NCBI GenBank assembly: GCA_964480425.1
Contig: CAYZPY010000004.1
Coordinates: 1-46,270 of the forward strand
DNA length: 46,270 bases
From: an uncultured Planctomycetaceae bacterium
GTDB taxonomy: Bacteria; Planctomycetota; Phycisphaerae; SM23-33
Direction: 5' to 3'
The notes under the pieces are model-generated. The model was not told the origin of the DNA, searched no databases, and saw nothing but the letters and a program-made list of their open reading frames with translations. The position numbers and the translations under genes were made by a program. Shown in pieces: positions 1 to 9,761 of the stretch; position 1 is the first letter of the stretch, and the number at the start of each line of letters is the position of its first letter.

Positions 1-882
1 GCCACGCTTTCGGAGGCGATGTCCAGGCACCCCAAGACATTCGACCGCCTCTATGTGAACATGGTGCGTGCGGGCGAGCTGGGCGGCGTGCTGGACGTGG
101 TGCTCCGCAGACTCGCCGAACACCTCGAGCGGTCAATGGCGCTGAGGCGAAAGGTCGTTGGGGCTTTGATATATCCCGTGGCCGTCATTGTCTTCGCGTT
201 CGCCATCGTAATGGGACTGATGACATTCGTGGTGCCCAAGTTCAACGACATATTCGCAGGCGTGGGCAGCGAGCTGCCCGGACCAACAAGGGTGCTTATG
301 GGCATAAGTGACTGGATAATCGAGGACTTCGGATGGCTGGTGATCATAGCGATACCCGTTAGTATATTCCTGACGTTCAAACTTCTGAAGGTTTCCCAGG
401 GGGGGCGGTATTTCGTGGACAATCTCAAGTTGCACATTCCCCTGTTCGGCGGTCTGGTTTCCAAGTTGTCGGTGGCAAGGTTCGCCCAGACGCTGGGCAC
501 GCTTCTTGCCGCGGGCGTTCCGATTCTCGAAGCACTGAACATAACGCGGCTCACAGCCGGTAACGAAGTCTATGCGCGGGCGCTGGCGAAGGTCCACGAC
601 GGAATACGCGAAGGCGAGAGCTTCGCCGAACCGCTAAGGAACGCCAGAATCGTGGACTCCATGGTCACCAACATGATCGACGTCGGCGAAGAGACCGGCG
701 AACTGGACAAGATGCTCGGAAGGGTGGCCGACAACTACACCGAACAGGTCGAAACCACCGTTGCTTCGATGGTCTCAATGCTCGAACCGGCGCTGGTTAT
801 CTGCCTTGGCGTGATAGTCGGCGGGATCGTGATATGCATGTTCCTGCCCATGGTGCACCTGATTAAAACTCTACAGCAATAA
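1..882 (+). CDS. pilC: Type II secretion system F family / type IV pilus platform protein PilC (5'-truncated by window edge)
   Basis: Frame open from base 1. T2SSF motifs: LYVNMVRAGELGGVLD, ALIYP, FVVPKF, GVPILEAL, MIDVGEETGELDKML, LEPALVI. Followed by pilin genes. Confidence 0.95.
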   Translation, partial: ATLSEAMSRHPKTFDRLYVNMVRAGELGGVLDVVLRRLAEHLERSMALRRKVVGALIYPVAVIVFAFAIVMGLMTFVVPKFNDIFAGVGSELPGPTRVLMGISDWIIEDFGWLVIIAIPVSIFLTFKLLKVSQGGRYFVDNLKLHIPLFGGLVSKLSVARFAQTLGTLLAAGVPILEALNITRLTAGNEVYARALAKVHDGIREGESFAEPLRNARIVDSMVTNMIDVGEETGELDKMLGRVADNYTEQVETTVASMVSMLEPALVICLGVIVGGIVICMFLPMVHLIKTLQQ

Positions 883-906
883 ACGACAAACAATGGTGAA
901 TAAATA

Positions 907-1638
907 ATGCTACGGCGCAAAATGATACATTCTCACCGGGGCGCCACGGGCGGATTCACGCTGGTGGAACTGCTGGCGGTGATGTCCATCATCCTGCTGC
1001 TGCTGGGCATGCTGATGCCCACGGTGGTCACCATCATGGAATCACGACACGTGCACAGGTGCAGTTATTACGTCTCGGCCTTGGGGAGAGGCGCCGAAAG
1101 TTACTGGACTGAAAACCGCAATTATTACCCCGGACAGTTGGATTCGAGTGTGCTGACCGGAAACGGCGGGCCGTACACCGGAAGCCAGGTAATGGCCGCC
1201 AGGATGTTCGGTTACGGTTACGACAAAATCTCCCACGATAATCCCGAGCCGTCTTCGAAATACGTTAAATACAATGCCGGCATGCTGTTCGATCCCAACG
1301 ACATGTACGCCAATTCCGGCTACGGCGGCGGCGATCGCCCCAACACACTCTCGGACGGTTTTCCGGACCCGCTTCCGATACTGTATTTCCCCTCAAGGAG
1401 GGGTAAAACGGGCCTGGGACAGTATAAACTGGCGGATAACAACGACTACCAGCACAGGAAGGACGACGACTGGCGGTACCCGTGGGGACGCAGTCAAAAC
1501 ACGTTCGAGGCCTACATCGAGAACGAAGACCACCCCGACACGAGCACCGGAATTCCTTATAACGACGGCGAGTTCCTGCTGATAGCGCCGGGAAGAAACC
1601 GGCGTTACGGCGACGATGACGACATACGAAACTGGTGA
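907..1638 (+). CDS. Prepilin-type N-terminal cleavage/methylation protein (GspG-like pseudopilin)
   Basis: GG|FTLVELL class III signal and hydrophobic helix; C-terminal LLIAPG..YGDDDDIRNW resembles the GspG end. Confidence 0.9.
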   Translation: MLRRKMIHSHRGATGGFTLVELLAVMSIILLLLGMLMPTVVTIMESRHVHRCSYYVSALGRGAESYWTENRNYYPGQLDSSVLTGNGGPYTGSQVMAARMFGYGYDKISHDNPEPSSKYVKYNAGMLFDPNDMYANSGYGGGDRPNTLSDGFPDPLPILYFPSRRGKTGLGQYKLADNNDYQHRKDDDWRYPWGRSQNTFEAYIENEDHPDTSTGIPYNDGEFLLIAPGRNRRYGDDDDIRNW

Positions 1639-1639
1639 C

Positions 1640-2305
1640 ATGAAAATGCAGATTTCGACAGCAAACAGCAATCGTGCCCGATATTCCCGGCGCCGTCGCG
1701 GCGGCGCGGAGGGCTTCACTATTATCGAGATGCTTACGGTGTTGTTCATCATCGGGCTGCTGATGAGCATACTGGTGCCGACCGTGGGAACGGTTGCGAC
1801 AGCCATTGCGCGGACCGATTCCCTGGCCACCATCCGGCAACTTGAAGACGCCATTCATCAGTATCACATGGACTTCGGCGATTATCCGCCCAGCGGCGCC
1901 CGCAACCTGACCGAGCACCTGACGTTCTACAAGGACAACGACGGGCACGTGGGATTCGGAATGCGCAAGGAAGTGAATGGTAAATTCATGGGTAAAGTTT
2001 ACGGGCCTTACGGCGCAGCCGCCACTCTCGAAACCGATGACTCGAGCAACCCGGTTTTCGTGGACGCCTTCGACAACACCATCGAATATTCCCGTTTCGA
2101 GAACAATTCGTACAGCGGCGGGGGGATACCAAACGGAGATTATGCAAAGGACGAAAACGGAAAATACTTCCGCACCGATTATATCCTCTGCACGCCAGGA
2201 CCCAATGGAAAGTGGTGGACCGAGGAAAAAAGCGACCGGGGCATCTCCACGAGCGAAGCCCAGGCCATTACCGATGACGTGACGAACTTCCTGGAGGAGG
2301 ATTAA
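1640..2305 (+). CDS. Prepilin-type protein (GspG-like)
   Basis: EG|FTIIEML; IHQYHMDFGDYP; VDAFDNTIEY; C-terminal TPGPNG..DDVTNF. ATG 1640 chosen because it lies just after the upstream stop. Confidence 0.9.
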   Translation: MKMQISTANSNRARYSRRRRGGAEGFTIIEMLTVLFIIGLLMSILVPTVGTVATAIARTDSLATIRQLEDAIHQYHMDFGDYPPSGARNLTEHLTFYKDNDGHVGFGMRKEVNGKFMGKVYGPYGAAATLETDDSSNPVFVDAFDNTIEYSRFENNSYSGGGIPNGDYAKDENGKYFRTDYILCTPGPNGKWWTEEKSDRGISTSEAQAITDDVTNFLEED

Positions 2306-2309
2306 TCCT

Positions 2310-3041
2310 ATGAGGCGAGAGACTGACAATACGCCCGGACGACCACGCCGGCGGAACGGCTTTACGCTTATCGAACTGCTGGTGGTCATCGTTATAATCG
2401 GCATTGTCGCCTCGCTGCTGTTTCCCAGCATCGCCCAGGCGATCCGCGCGGCGCGAGCAAAAGAGACGCTGGCGCGGATAGCGACCCTTTCGGCCGGGGC
2501 GGAAGGTTACAAGAACGAAAACGGTTTTTATCCCGGGCAGGGATGGGACTGGAAGGGCAGTTACAACAGGGGCAGCAGTTACGAAACCGGAAGCCAGCTG
2601 CTGACCAACGCGCTGCTGGAATGGGACTCGTTCGACAACGAGTGGGAAGAAGATTACATCGCCCCCAAGGAAGGTCTCATAGACACCGAGGGCGACTGGA
2701 CCGGCAAGCCGGACACCATACTTGACGGTTTTCCGGAACCTATGGCGATACTCTACTACCCTGCCAGGCGGCAGGCAAAAACCGTCAAGGAGGCCTACGA
2801 TTACTACGACAACGACGATTACGTCGAAACCGAACGTCTCGAGAGGCGCTACGAAAGAATACAGACGGACCCGGATTACAATAAAGGCAGTTATGAAAGC
2901 ACCATGCAAAGCGAGTTTTACGGCGACCGCTTCGCGGGTCACAAAGCTTACAAGATTCGCAACCGCGACAGGTTTTTGCTCATAGGCGCGGGCGGCGACC
3001 GGTTGTATTTCACCGGGGACGACGTAAAGAACTGGAAATGA
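2310..3041 (+). CDS. Prepilin-type protein (GspG-like), paralog of 907..1638
   Basis: NG|FTLIELLVVI; shares YPGQ, TGSQ, DGFP..P..ILY.P.R, FLLI..G..R.Y...DD..NW with 907..1638. Confidence 0.9.
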   Translation: MRRETDNTPGRPRRRNGFTLIELLVVIVIIGIVASLLFPSIAQAIRAARAKETLARIATLSAGAEGYKNENGFYPGQGWDWKGSYNRGSSYETGSQLLTNALLEWDSFDNEWEEDYIAPKEGLIDTEGDWTGKPDTILDGFPEPMAILYYPARRQAKTVKEAYDYYDNDDYVETERLERRYERIQTDPDYNKGSYESTMQSEFYGDRFAGHKAYKIRNRDRFLLIGAGGDRLYFTGDDVKNWK

Positions 3042-3044
3042 CAA

Positions 3045-3515
3045 ATGGACGAGAAACAAAAAATCCGCCGCAAACGCGCATTTACGCTGGTCGAACTGCT
3101 GGCCGTCCTTGCCATATTCAGCATACTGGTGGGGCTGGCGGTCAGTGTGGGAAGCAGCGTGCTGAACCAGGCCAAGAGGCAGGAAACCCGCGGCATCCAG
3201 AGCACCGTCATCGAGGCCGTCCATACATACTATAGGAAAAAGAAAAGTTACCCCTTGTCGCCCATCGAGTCCGGGGGCATATTAGTGGCGAAACTGCGCG
3301 AAGTCGAAGCCGCCTACGAGAAACTCATAAAACTGCCCCAGGGTATAGTGATGAATGTCTCCGATGCGCAGTCCAGCGGCATAAAGGACGCCTACGAAAG
3401 GGAGATGACGTACGAATCCCAAGGCGCGCTGGGGGGGCGAGGACCCGTGCTGATATCCGCCGGCGCCGACGACGAATGGGGGACCTCGGACGATATATAT
3501 TCCGACAATCGGTGA
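3045..3515 (+). CDS. Prepilin-type protein (GspG-like)
   Basis: RA|FTLVELL; KDAYEREMTY; LISAGADDEWGTSDDI. Confidence 0.9.
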   Translation: MDEKQKIRRKRAFTLVELLAVLAIFSILVGLAVSVGSSVLNQAKRQETRGIQSTVIEAVHTYYRKKKSYPLSPIESGGILVAKLREVEAAYEKLIKLPQGIVMNVSDAQSSGIKDAYEREMTYESQGALGGRGPVLISAGADDEWGTSDDIYSDNR

Positions 3516-3533
3516 GGAGCTGAAGTATTTGAA

Positions 3534-4295
3534 ATGTTAACTCTTAAAACGACAACAAGACACAATACCGCCTCGGGAGGCGGGGGCTTCACCCTCGTGG
3601 AGATGCTGGTGGTGCTGGGCATGATAACGCTCATAGCGGCCGTGGCGCTTCCTGGAATGACCAGTATACTCACCTCGGGCGCCGAAGAGCAGGCCTACAA
3701 CATGATATTGGCGCAACTGGCAGCCGCCAGGGCCCAGGCCGTCACCGATTACAATTACGTCGGCGTGCATTTCCAGAGGCGATACACGCCCGCCGGCGGG
3801 CACGACTCCTCTGCGGTCGGATTGAAGGATGTCGAATTCTGGTACGCGCGGGTGAAATACAACATGAGCACCGGGGTGTTCCACGGGATCGAAGGCGCCC
3901 AGCCCGACCGCCTGCCGCAGACAATGGCCGTGGGTGAAGTGATGAGCTCCAACAGTTACAGTCTGGCCGAGAGCGACTTCGACGATTTCACCTCCTTTAC
4001 GGTTGTATTTTCGCCCTCCGGGTCGGCGGTGAGACGGGTCGCCGGAGGCGGGTCCGGAAAAATCCTTTTCGAAGGGACCGACCCGCTGTTTGTCGCGACG
4101 GGCAATCCTCCTGTGCAACTGTGGGATCCCGGCGTAGCCAATGAGGGCGGCAACGGAGAGCGAGGCGCCACCGCAATGGTGTTGTTCAACTATGCGGACC
4201 TTCGCGGCGCCGAAAATTACACCACTTATTTAAACGAAAACACCCAGGTGCTGGCGGTCAACGCTCACACCGGACAACTTTTTGGAAGAGAATGA
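3534..4295 (+). CDS. Minor (pseudo)pilin, GspH/FimT-like
   Basis: GG|FTLVEML; LAAARAQAV and VVFSPSG are typical of GspH/FimT. Confidence 0.8.
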   Translation: MLTLKTTTRHNTASGGGGFTLVEMLVVLGMITLIAAVALPGMTSILTSGAEEQAYNMILAQLAAARAQAVTDYNYVGVHFQRRYTPAGGHDSSAVGLKDVEFWYARVKYNMSTGVFHGIEGAQPDRLPQTMAVGEVMSSNSYSLAESDFDDFTSFTVVFSPSGSAVRRVAGGGSGKILFEGTDPLFVATGNPPVQLWDPGVANEGGNGERGATAMVLFNYADLRGAENYTTYLNENTQVLAVNAHTGQLFGRE

Positions 4296-5122
4296 TTACG
4301 AAAACCGATAATCCGCAACGCAAAACCGCCGTCCGGCGGCGACTCGTACAACGCGGCGCCCGTGGGGCATTCACCCTCATCGAGTTGATGGTTTCAGTGT
4401 CGGTCCTGGCGGGTCTGATGCTGGGCTTCTCGATGGTGCTCACGCAAAGCCAGCGCGTGGTTACCGGCGCCCAGGGAATGATGCGCGCCAACAACAAGGC
4501 GGCAACCATCGCCGAGGTAATCCGCCAGGATTTGCGAAAAGTCTCGAAGAACGGATTTTTCTACGCCGATTCCTCGCACCTGGTTTTCACCACCGCCGGT
4601 CCTTCGCCCAGCATGATCGACGCGGGCGTCGGAAGCGGCTCGCTGGTGTCTTACGTGTGTTCCAACAACATCCTTTATCGCCAGCGATGGGTGTTGGCGT
4701 CAAGCGGCACCAGCGAGGACATATACCGAATAGGCAACAACAACGTGGACTTCGCCGATATCCAGATCAGAAGCGCGATGAACAAGATCAACAATAACAT
4801 TGCCACCGATATAGTGTCCAAGGCGAAGCTGCTGGAAACCGTGGTTGAGTTGCCTCCCGAGCCGGGAAACGTCAACGACCTGTGGCGGGTGCTGGCGACG
4901 GGGTGCAGCGTTTTCAAGATCGAATACGCCCAGTCCGCTGCAGGCGGAGGCGTTAACTGGGACAGCGGGGGCGGACTGTGGACCGTCGGAGAACAGGGGC
5001 ACTGGCCCGTTTTGGTGAAAATCAAATTCACCATACAGGATAAGGATATTGCAAAAATTTTCGGCCAGGAAGAAGGACAGGACAAGGCGGACTACGAAGT
5101 GATATGTCCGGTGGGGCATTAA
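4292..5122 (+). CDS. Minor (pseudo)pilin, GspJ/PilW-like
   Basis: GA|FTLIELMVS; IRQDLR; LVSY....ILYR; ATGA overlap with the upstream gene. Confidence 0.8.
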   Translation: MITKTDNPQRKTAVRRRLVQRGARGAFTLIELMVSVSVLAGLMLGFSMVLTQSQRVVTGAQGMMRANNKAATIAEVIRQDLRKVSKNGFFYADSSHLVFTTAGPSPSMIDAGVGSGSLVSYVCSNNILYRQRWVLASSGTSEDIYRIGNNNVDFADIQIRSAMNKINNNIATDIVSKAKLLETVVELPPEPGNVNDLWRVLATGCSVFKIEYAQSAAGGGVNWDSGGGLWTVGEQGHWPVLVKIKFTIQDKDIAKIFGQEEGQDKADYEVICPVGH

Positions 5123-5144
5123 CCGCCGGTATAAAAGGTGAAAC

Positions 5145-7598
5145 ATGTATGACCGGAAGAGACAACGTGGGTCGGCACTGCTGATGGTGATCGGTTTGTT
5201 GACCATCCTGGTGATGGTGGGGGCGACGTTCATGGTGATCGCCAGACTGAACGCGGACCAGGCCGAGATAAAGGCCTCCAGGAACCAGGCGGAAGTCGTT
5301 GCCGAGGGCGCCGTGGCGATCGTAAAACAGATATTGAAGGACGACCTGCACCTGGGCGACCATGGTCCCTACTCGGGTCTCCAGCAGGGACCCGACCAGT
5401 GGAATAAGTTCATTGATAACGCCTCCCAAGACGTGGACGATTATCTGGGCTATTACAACAGCCCCACCGACAGGAAGGCCTCGAAAGTCTTCGCCGAGCA
5501 GCCCATCGACACGCAGAACTGGATCGACACCAACGGCGACGGGACGGGCGACTCCAAGCGGTATTACGCCGGCGTGACCGACTCCATGGGACTGGAGTAT
5601 CGCGTCAGCGTGAATGTGGAAGACCTTTCAGGCAAAATCTGCGTAAACACCGCCGCCATGTACGACCTGGACCCGGGCGAAATGCCGCCGTTCACTACGC
5701 CCGTTTCGGTCGACCTGTACAAGTTTTTTCAGGACCTCAACAAGGTTCCGGCGTACGACCTGATAAACGCCCTCAGGAGCGGCAACAGCAACACCACGCC
5801 CGTTGACCTATGGCAGAACTTGGCGTCGAAACTGTTTTTCACCATGACCCCCTATAAGCCGCTTTCCGTCTCGGACGAAGCGTATCTCCGATGGCAGGGC
5901 ACCCCGGCGATAACGGAGACCGGGCGTCTCTACGACGCCCTGATATCCGTGGGCGCTTTGTCGGTGGATACAAAAAACCTGCTTACCTCCTTCAGTTGCT
6001 CCAGGTCGCTGACCCGCCGACCGGACCTGTTCCCCACACGCGTGCCGCTGTACGAAAGCACCGCCCTGGACAACGTCCAGACCCTGGACAACGTCCAGAC
6101 CAGGAACCGCCTGTACGACGAGCTTATAGCCGCCGGCGCGCCCGAAACGAAGGCATTGCATTTTATAGCCAACCTCTGGGCCGCTCTACATCCTTATGCC
6201 GATGCGTCCAACAACGCCTTCGAGTTCACCCGCGGAGGCGCCACCGCCTACGGGCTGGTGAATCAGCCGGTCATCACCGAAATATACGCACAGCACGTGC
6301 CAAAAACCGACGAGCAGGAAGACGACTGGAAGTGGTTTTGCGCCGTGGAGGTGATGAATCCCACGCCCGTGAACATAGACCTGGGCAATTACACTCTCGG
6401 CGGAGCGTCGCTCAGCGGCACGTTGAACGCGCTTGGCGGAAATAAGATGGTGTATTACAATTTCGACAGCGGCGACAATTCGGCCAACGGACCCGCCGAC
6501 TTCGGTCTCACGGCGGGGGGGAACTGGGTGCGGATACCCGGCATCAGTCTGCTGGGCGGCAACAAGGTGTCGCTGCTCCGAGCGGTGGAAGGAACGAACG
6601 TTCCGGCCGACAGCGCCACCGTTCCGGCCGACAGCGCCACCGGCGGCGAGATAAACTACAGTTACACCGAGGCCGATATATCATCGGCCGATCCAGGCGG
6701 ACCTGCGGTCGTAAAAGACGGGCGGCGCGACGACAGCATCGCCCGGGCGAGATACTCCGTAGCCAAGTACAAGAGTTTCAACACGGACGCGCTTGGTGAA
6801 GCCAACGGGCTGGGCGCCGACGACCTTTCGGACGTTTACAAGGGCTTCAGGATTAACGTAATGCACGGCCCGCCGAGGGACATCGGCGACCTGACCTTCC
6901 TGTATATCACCGGGCCTGGCCCGGGGCAGAACCTTCCCCACGCCCTTGCGACCAACTACGCCAATGACATCAACCGCGGCAGGCTGGATATCATAACAGG
7001 ACCAAATGGGGGCGACGATTCCATGTACCCCAGGGCGCCCTGGGGCGCGCTTATCGGCGAATTGTTCGAGCGGGTGCCGCCGGACCAGATTCGATACATT
7101 CTGGAAGGACGACAGTTGCCGGCGAGGATTTACGGCAGGGTAAATGTGAACACCGCCGCGGCGGAGGTGATAAAGCGACTGCCCTGGCCAACGTACGCCG
7201 ATATCGACATGGACGGGCAAAAAGACGCCGACGAGCCGTCATTGGACGTCAACGAAAGTTCGTTGCTGTCGATAATAGAATTTTTCCGCGCTGCAAAGGG
7301 AGGGTACTTCTCCACCCCAGGCGAGTTTGCGATTCCTCTGTGCGCCTACGGGGGGTCTCTGGCGGGCGACCAGTCGGGACCCAATTACCTGGAAATCCGA
7401 AATTCCATATACAAGGCGGTCAGCAACGTCATCACCGTCAACAGCGACACCTTCGCGGCTTACATTCGCGTGGACCTCTACGACGCCGAGGAAGACTCCA
7501 ACCGTTACACCTGGAATTATCTGGCGGTGATTGACAGGAGTTGCTGCTTCGAACCCGGCGACGACTCCGCAGTGATCCTCTTTACGGATATCAAGTAG
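5145..7598 (+). CDS. Large GspK/PilX-like minor pilin (817 aa)
   Basis: RG|SALLMV lacks Glu5, as in K/PilX; EDLSGKICVNTA and GRVNVNTAAAEVIKRLP (GspK-like motifs); C-terminal ITVNSDTF.AY; DxxxDG Ca-type loops. Confidence 0.8.
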   Translation: MYDRKRQRGSALLMVIGLLTILVMVGATFMVIARLNADQAEIKASRNQAEVVAEGAVAIVKQILKDDLHLGDHGPYSGLQQGPDQWNKFIDNASQDVDDYLGYYNSPTDRKASKVFAEQPIDTQNWIDTNGDGTGDSKRYYAGVTDSMGLEYRVSVNVEDLSGKICVNTAAMYDLDPGEMPPFTTPVSVDLYKFFQDLNKVPAYDLINALRSGNSNTTPVDLWQNLASKLFFTMTPYKPLSVSDEAYLRWQGTPAITETGRLYDALISVGALSVDTKNLLTSFSCSRSLTRRPDLFPTRVPLYESTALDNVQTLDNVQTRNRLYDELIAAGAPETKALHFIANLWAALHPYADASNNAFEFTRGGATAYGLVNQPVITEIYAQHVPKTDEQEDDWKWFCAVEVMNPTPVNIDLGNYTLGGASLSGTLNALGGNKMVYYNFDSGDNSANGPADFGLTAGGNWVRIPGISLLGGNKVSLLRAVEGTNVPADSATVPADSATGGEINYSYTEADISSADPGGPAVVKDGRRDDSIARARYSVAKYKSFNTDALGEANGLGADDLSDVYKGFRINVMHGPPRDIGDLTFLYITGPGPGQNLPHALATNYANDINRGRLDIITGPNGGDDSMYPRAPWGALIGELFERVPPDQIRYILEGRQLPARIYGRVNVNTAAAEVIKRLPWPTYADIDMDGQKDADEPSLDVNESSLLSIIEFFRAAKGGYFSTPGEFAIPLCAYGGSLAGDQSGPNYLEIRNSIYKAVSNVITVNSDTFAAYIRVDLYDAEEDSNRYTWNYLAVIDRSCCFEPGDDSAVILFTDIK
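6064..6101 (+). repeat. Perfect 18-bp in-frame tandem duplication (LDNVQT x2)
   Basis: CCCTGGACAACGTCCAGA at 6064-6081 and 6082-6099. Confidence 0.95.
6599..6642 (+). repeat. Perfect 21-bp in-frame tandem duplication (VPADSAT x2)
   Basis: CGTTCCGGCCGACAGCGCCAC at 6599-6619 and 6620-6640. Confidence 0.95.
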
Positions 7599-7616
7599 TT
7601 CTACACGCCGACGCAT

Positions 7617-7653
7617 AAAAAGCCGACGGATATTCATCCGTCGGCTTCGTTTG
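7617..7653. terminator. Hairpin between convergent operons (probable bidirectional terminator or REP-like palindrome)
   Basis: AAGCCGACGGAT-ATTC-ATCCGTCGGCTT, perfect 12-bp stem at 7620-7647; A-run on the left, T-rich on the right. Confidence 0.75.
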
Positions 7654-7929
7654 TAGTTTGCTGAATGCGATTATCATCGCGCGGGGCCGGGTCTTTCTGT
7701 AAAATATTCCGCATCTCCGCATGGCGCGCCTGTGTTTCGGCTGTTCGGGCTTTTAGAGCAGTTTGCAGAAATCTTGTCGCCATCTTCTGTTTGCGGCTTC
7801 GCTCGGCGGCGTCCGGCTGCATCGACAATGCTACGGCATTGCCTGCTTCGCCGTCCTTGCCGGACTCGTCCTCGGCGACGAACATGACGACAATCTTTCT
7901 GCAAACTACTCTAATTCGTCCGCGCTGCC

Positions 7930-9735
7930 TCAGATGTTTTCGTCATCGTCGCCGTTTTCCGGGCGGGTGGCTGCGGGTTTTGTTTTGGGTGCAGGCGGGG
8001 GCTTGGGGCAGGTCATATGTTTAATGTGGCCCACGAACACGCCCAGTTCGGGACCCGGCTCGGTCCTGAAGCGGATGGAATCGTTTTTAAGCCGGCCCGA
8101 AAGCATTGTCCCGTCGAACAGTTTTATTTTCACCGCGCCGGGAGTGCTCTTTTCGGGAAGGAAAGTAATTTTTGCAATATCGCAGGATTTTACCCGCACC
8201 GTCTCGTATCGTGTCTGCACCGGAAGGAACTCGTCCACTATCCGCCCGCGGAGGGTGTCTTCGTTTCTGGTTTTCAACTCGGCCAGTTCCTCCTGGTCGC
8301 CCGCCGATCCGGCGGGGTTGAGTATGAATTGCATTATCAGCTGCCTGCGGACCTCCAGTGTCGGTCCCAGGTCCAGTTTCATCGCAAACTCGCTCGGCGC
8401 CAGCAGACCCGAGAGCACCGAACCGTTGGTGAACACCGCACGGTGGAGACCGCTGTCGGGCGTGTCCAGAATGACGGCGTGCAAATCGTCGGGATTCAGC
8501 TTCAGGCGCCCGTACTCCGTGAGAAAATGCAGGTCAACGTCCTCTGGCTCGAAGAAAAGCCGCTGCCCGGACCGCAGAACGACGACCGGCTGGGTTATCT
8601 TGACCTCCTCGGGGTGCTGAGGCGATATCCTGAACGAGCATGCCAGAAGTTTGTGCGCCGGGATGGACATCTCGTTACCGCCGGTCAGGCGGATGCGCAC
8701 CGGTCCGTTCAGCAGCCTGCCGGCGGGAACCTGACCGTCGGTCAGCCCCACGTGTACGTAAGGGTCCGCCGGAGAGGGGACTCTCAATCCGATGACGTCC
8801 TTGGCCGGAAGGGTCAACTTGCCGTAGAACGTCCCAATGACGAATTCCTTATTTAGTAAGGTTCCCAGCAGTTCGTCCTCGTTTTTCAAAACCACGATGT
8901 CGTGCTGATCGTGGCGGGGCAGTTCCAGTTTGCCCAGCACGGTCCCGCCCATGTTGACGATTATCCTTCGCAACGGGGCGGGCACCCCGTGCAACTCGCG
9001 CGAGGGCTTGAAGTCCTTAAGGAATTTCTGCGATTCGCTCCATGACCGGCGCTGAGCGTGGAAGAAACACAGCGCCCGGGTTTTGCCCGGCGGGACCTTG
9101 AGGTTGAAGTAGTAGTAAATATTGTCTTGTCCGACGTTGTATTGCACGCGGGGCTTGACGTTGGCGCTGGGAGAGGCGAACACCTGGATAATGTTGGGGC
9201 GCGACGAGCCCGAGGAGTTGCTGGTGACCAACCCCCAGTCCCTGGGCGTGAGCGAATTATTGCCGCTGGTGCTGTGAACCATCTGGATCGAGCTGCCGAA
9301 GCCGGAGTAATAGCGAATGTTAAGGTTCTGGGCGTTGCCGGTTGAGTTTTCGTAAATATCTATCCACCGGCAGTATCCGGCCTTCTTGTTGACGTAAATC
9401 CGGCGCCAAATGCGCACCGAGTTGCGGTTCCAGGGTCCCAGTTCTAGTTCCGTTCCGTCCTGACTTATGCGGGCCGCGCTGTTGCTGACGTTGAAGATCG
9501 CCCCGTCGACCTGGAGAATCATCCCGCCGTCGTAGGCGTCATTGGAGCCGTTGTTGACCTTGCCGTTGTTGTATAGGTCCCACACGTACCCCGCCGAGTC
9601 GTTGTGACGCCAGGGCCAGATGTTGTATTGTTTTCCGTCGGTGATGAGGATACCATTCTGCCCTGCCGCGCAAACTCCCGCCAGCACCAAGGCCGCCGCT
9701 GTCATCGATATTATCCGCGTGGTGTTCATTATCAT
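7930..9735 (-). CDS. Exported hypothetical protein, paralog C (N-terminal DAYDGG domain + six Sm-like modules)
   Basis: Signal peptide MNTTRIISMTAAALVLAGVCAAG; homologous to the two upstream ORFs; Pro-rich acidic tail, no HEAT-like tail. Confidence 0.85.
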   Translation of the reverse strand: MIMNTTRIISMTAAALVLAGVCAAGQNGILITDGKQYNIWPWRHNDSAGYVWDLYNNGKVNNGSNDAYDGGMILQVDGAIFNVSNSAARISQDGTELELGPWNRNSVRIWRRIYVNKKAGYCRWIDIYENSTGNAQNLNIRYYSGFGSSIQMVHSTSGNNSLTPRDWGLVTSNSSGSSRPNIIQVFASPSANVKPRVQYNVGQDNIYYYFNLKVPPGKTRALCFFHAQRRSWSESQKFLKDFKPSRELHGVPAPLRRIIVNMGGTVLGKLELPRHDQHDIVVLKNEDELLGTLLNKEFVIGTFYGKLTLPAKDVIGLRVPSPADPYVHVGLTDGQVPAGRLLNGPVRIRLTGGNEMSIPAHKLLACSFRISPQHPEEVKITQPVVVLRSGQRLFFEPEDVDLHFLTEYGRLKLNPDDLHAVILDTPDSGLHRAVFTNGSVLSGLLAPSEFAMKLDLGPTLEVRRQLIMQFILNPAGSAGDQEELAELKTRNEDTLRGRIVDEFLPVQTRYETVRVKSCDIAKITFLPEKSTPGAVKIKLFDGTMLSGRLKNDSIRFRTEPGPELGVFVGHIKHMTCPKPPPAPKTKPAATRPENGDDDENI

Positions 9736-9761
9736 GTCCTGTTGTTATGTCGTTTGCCGAA

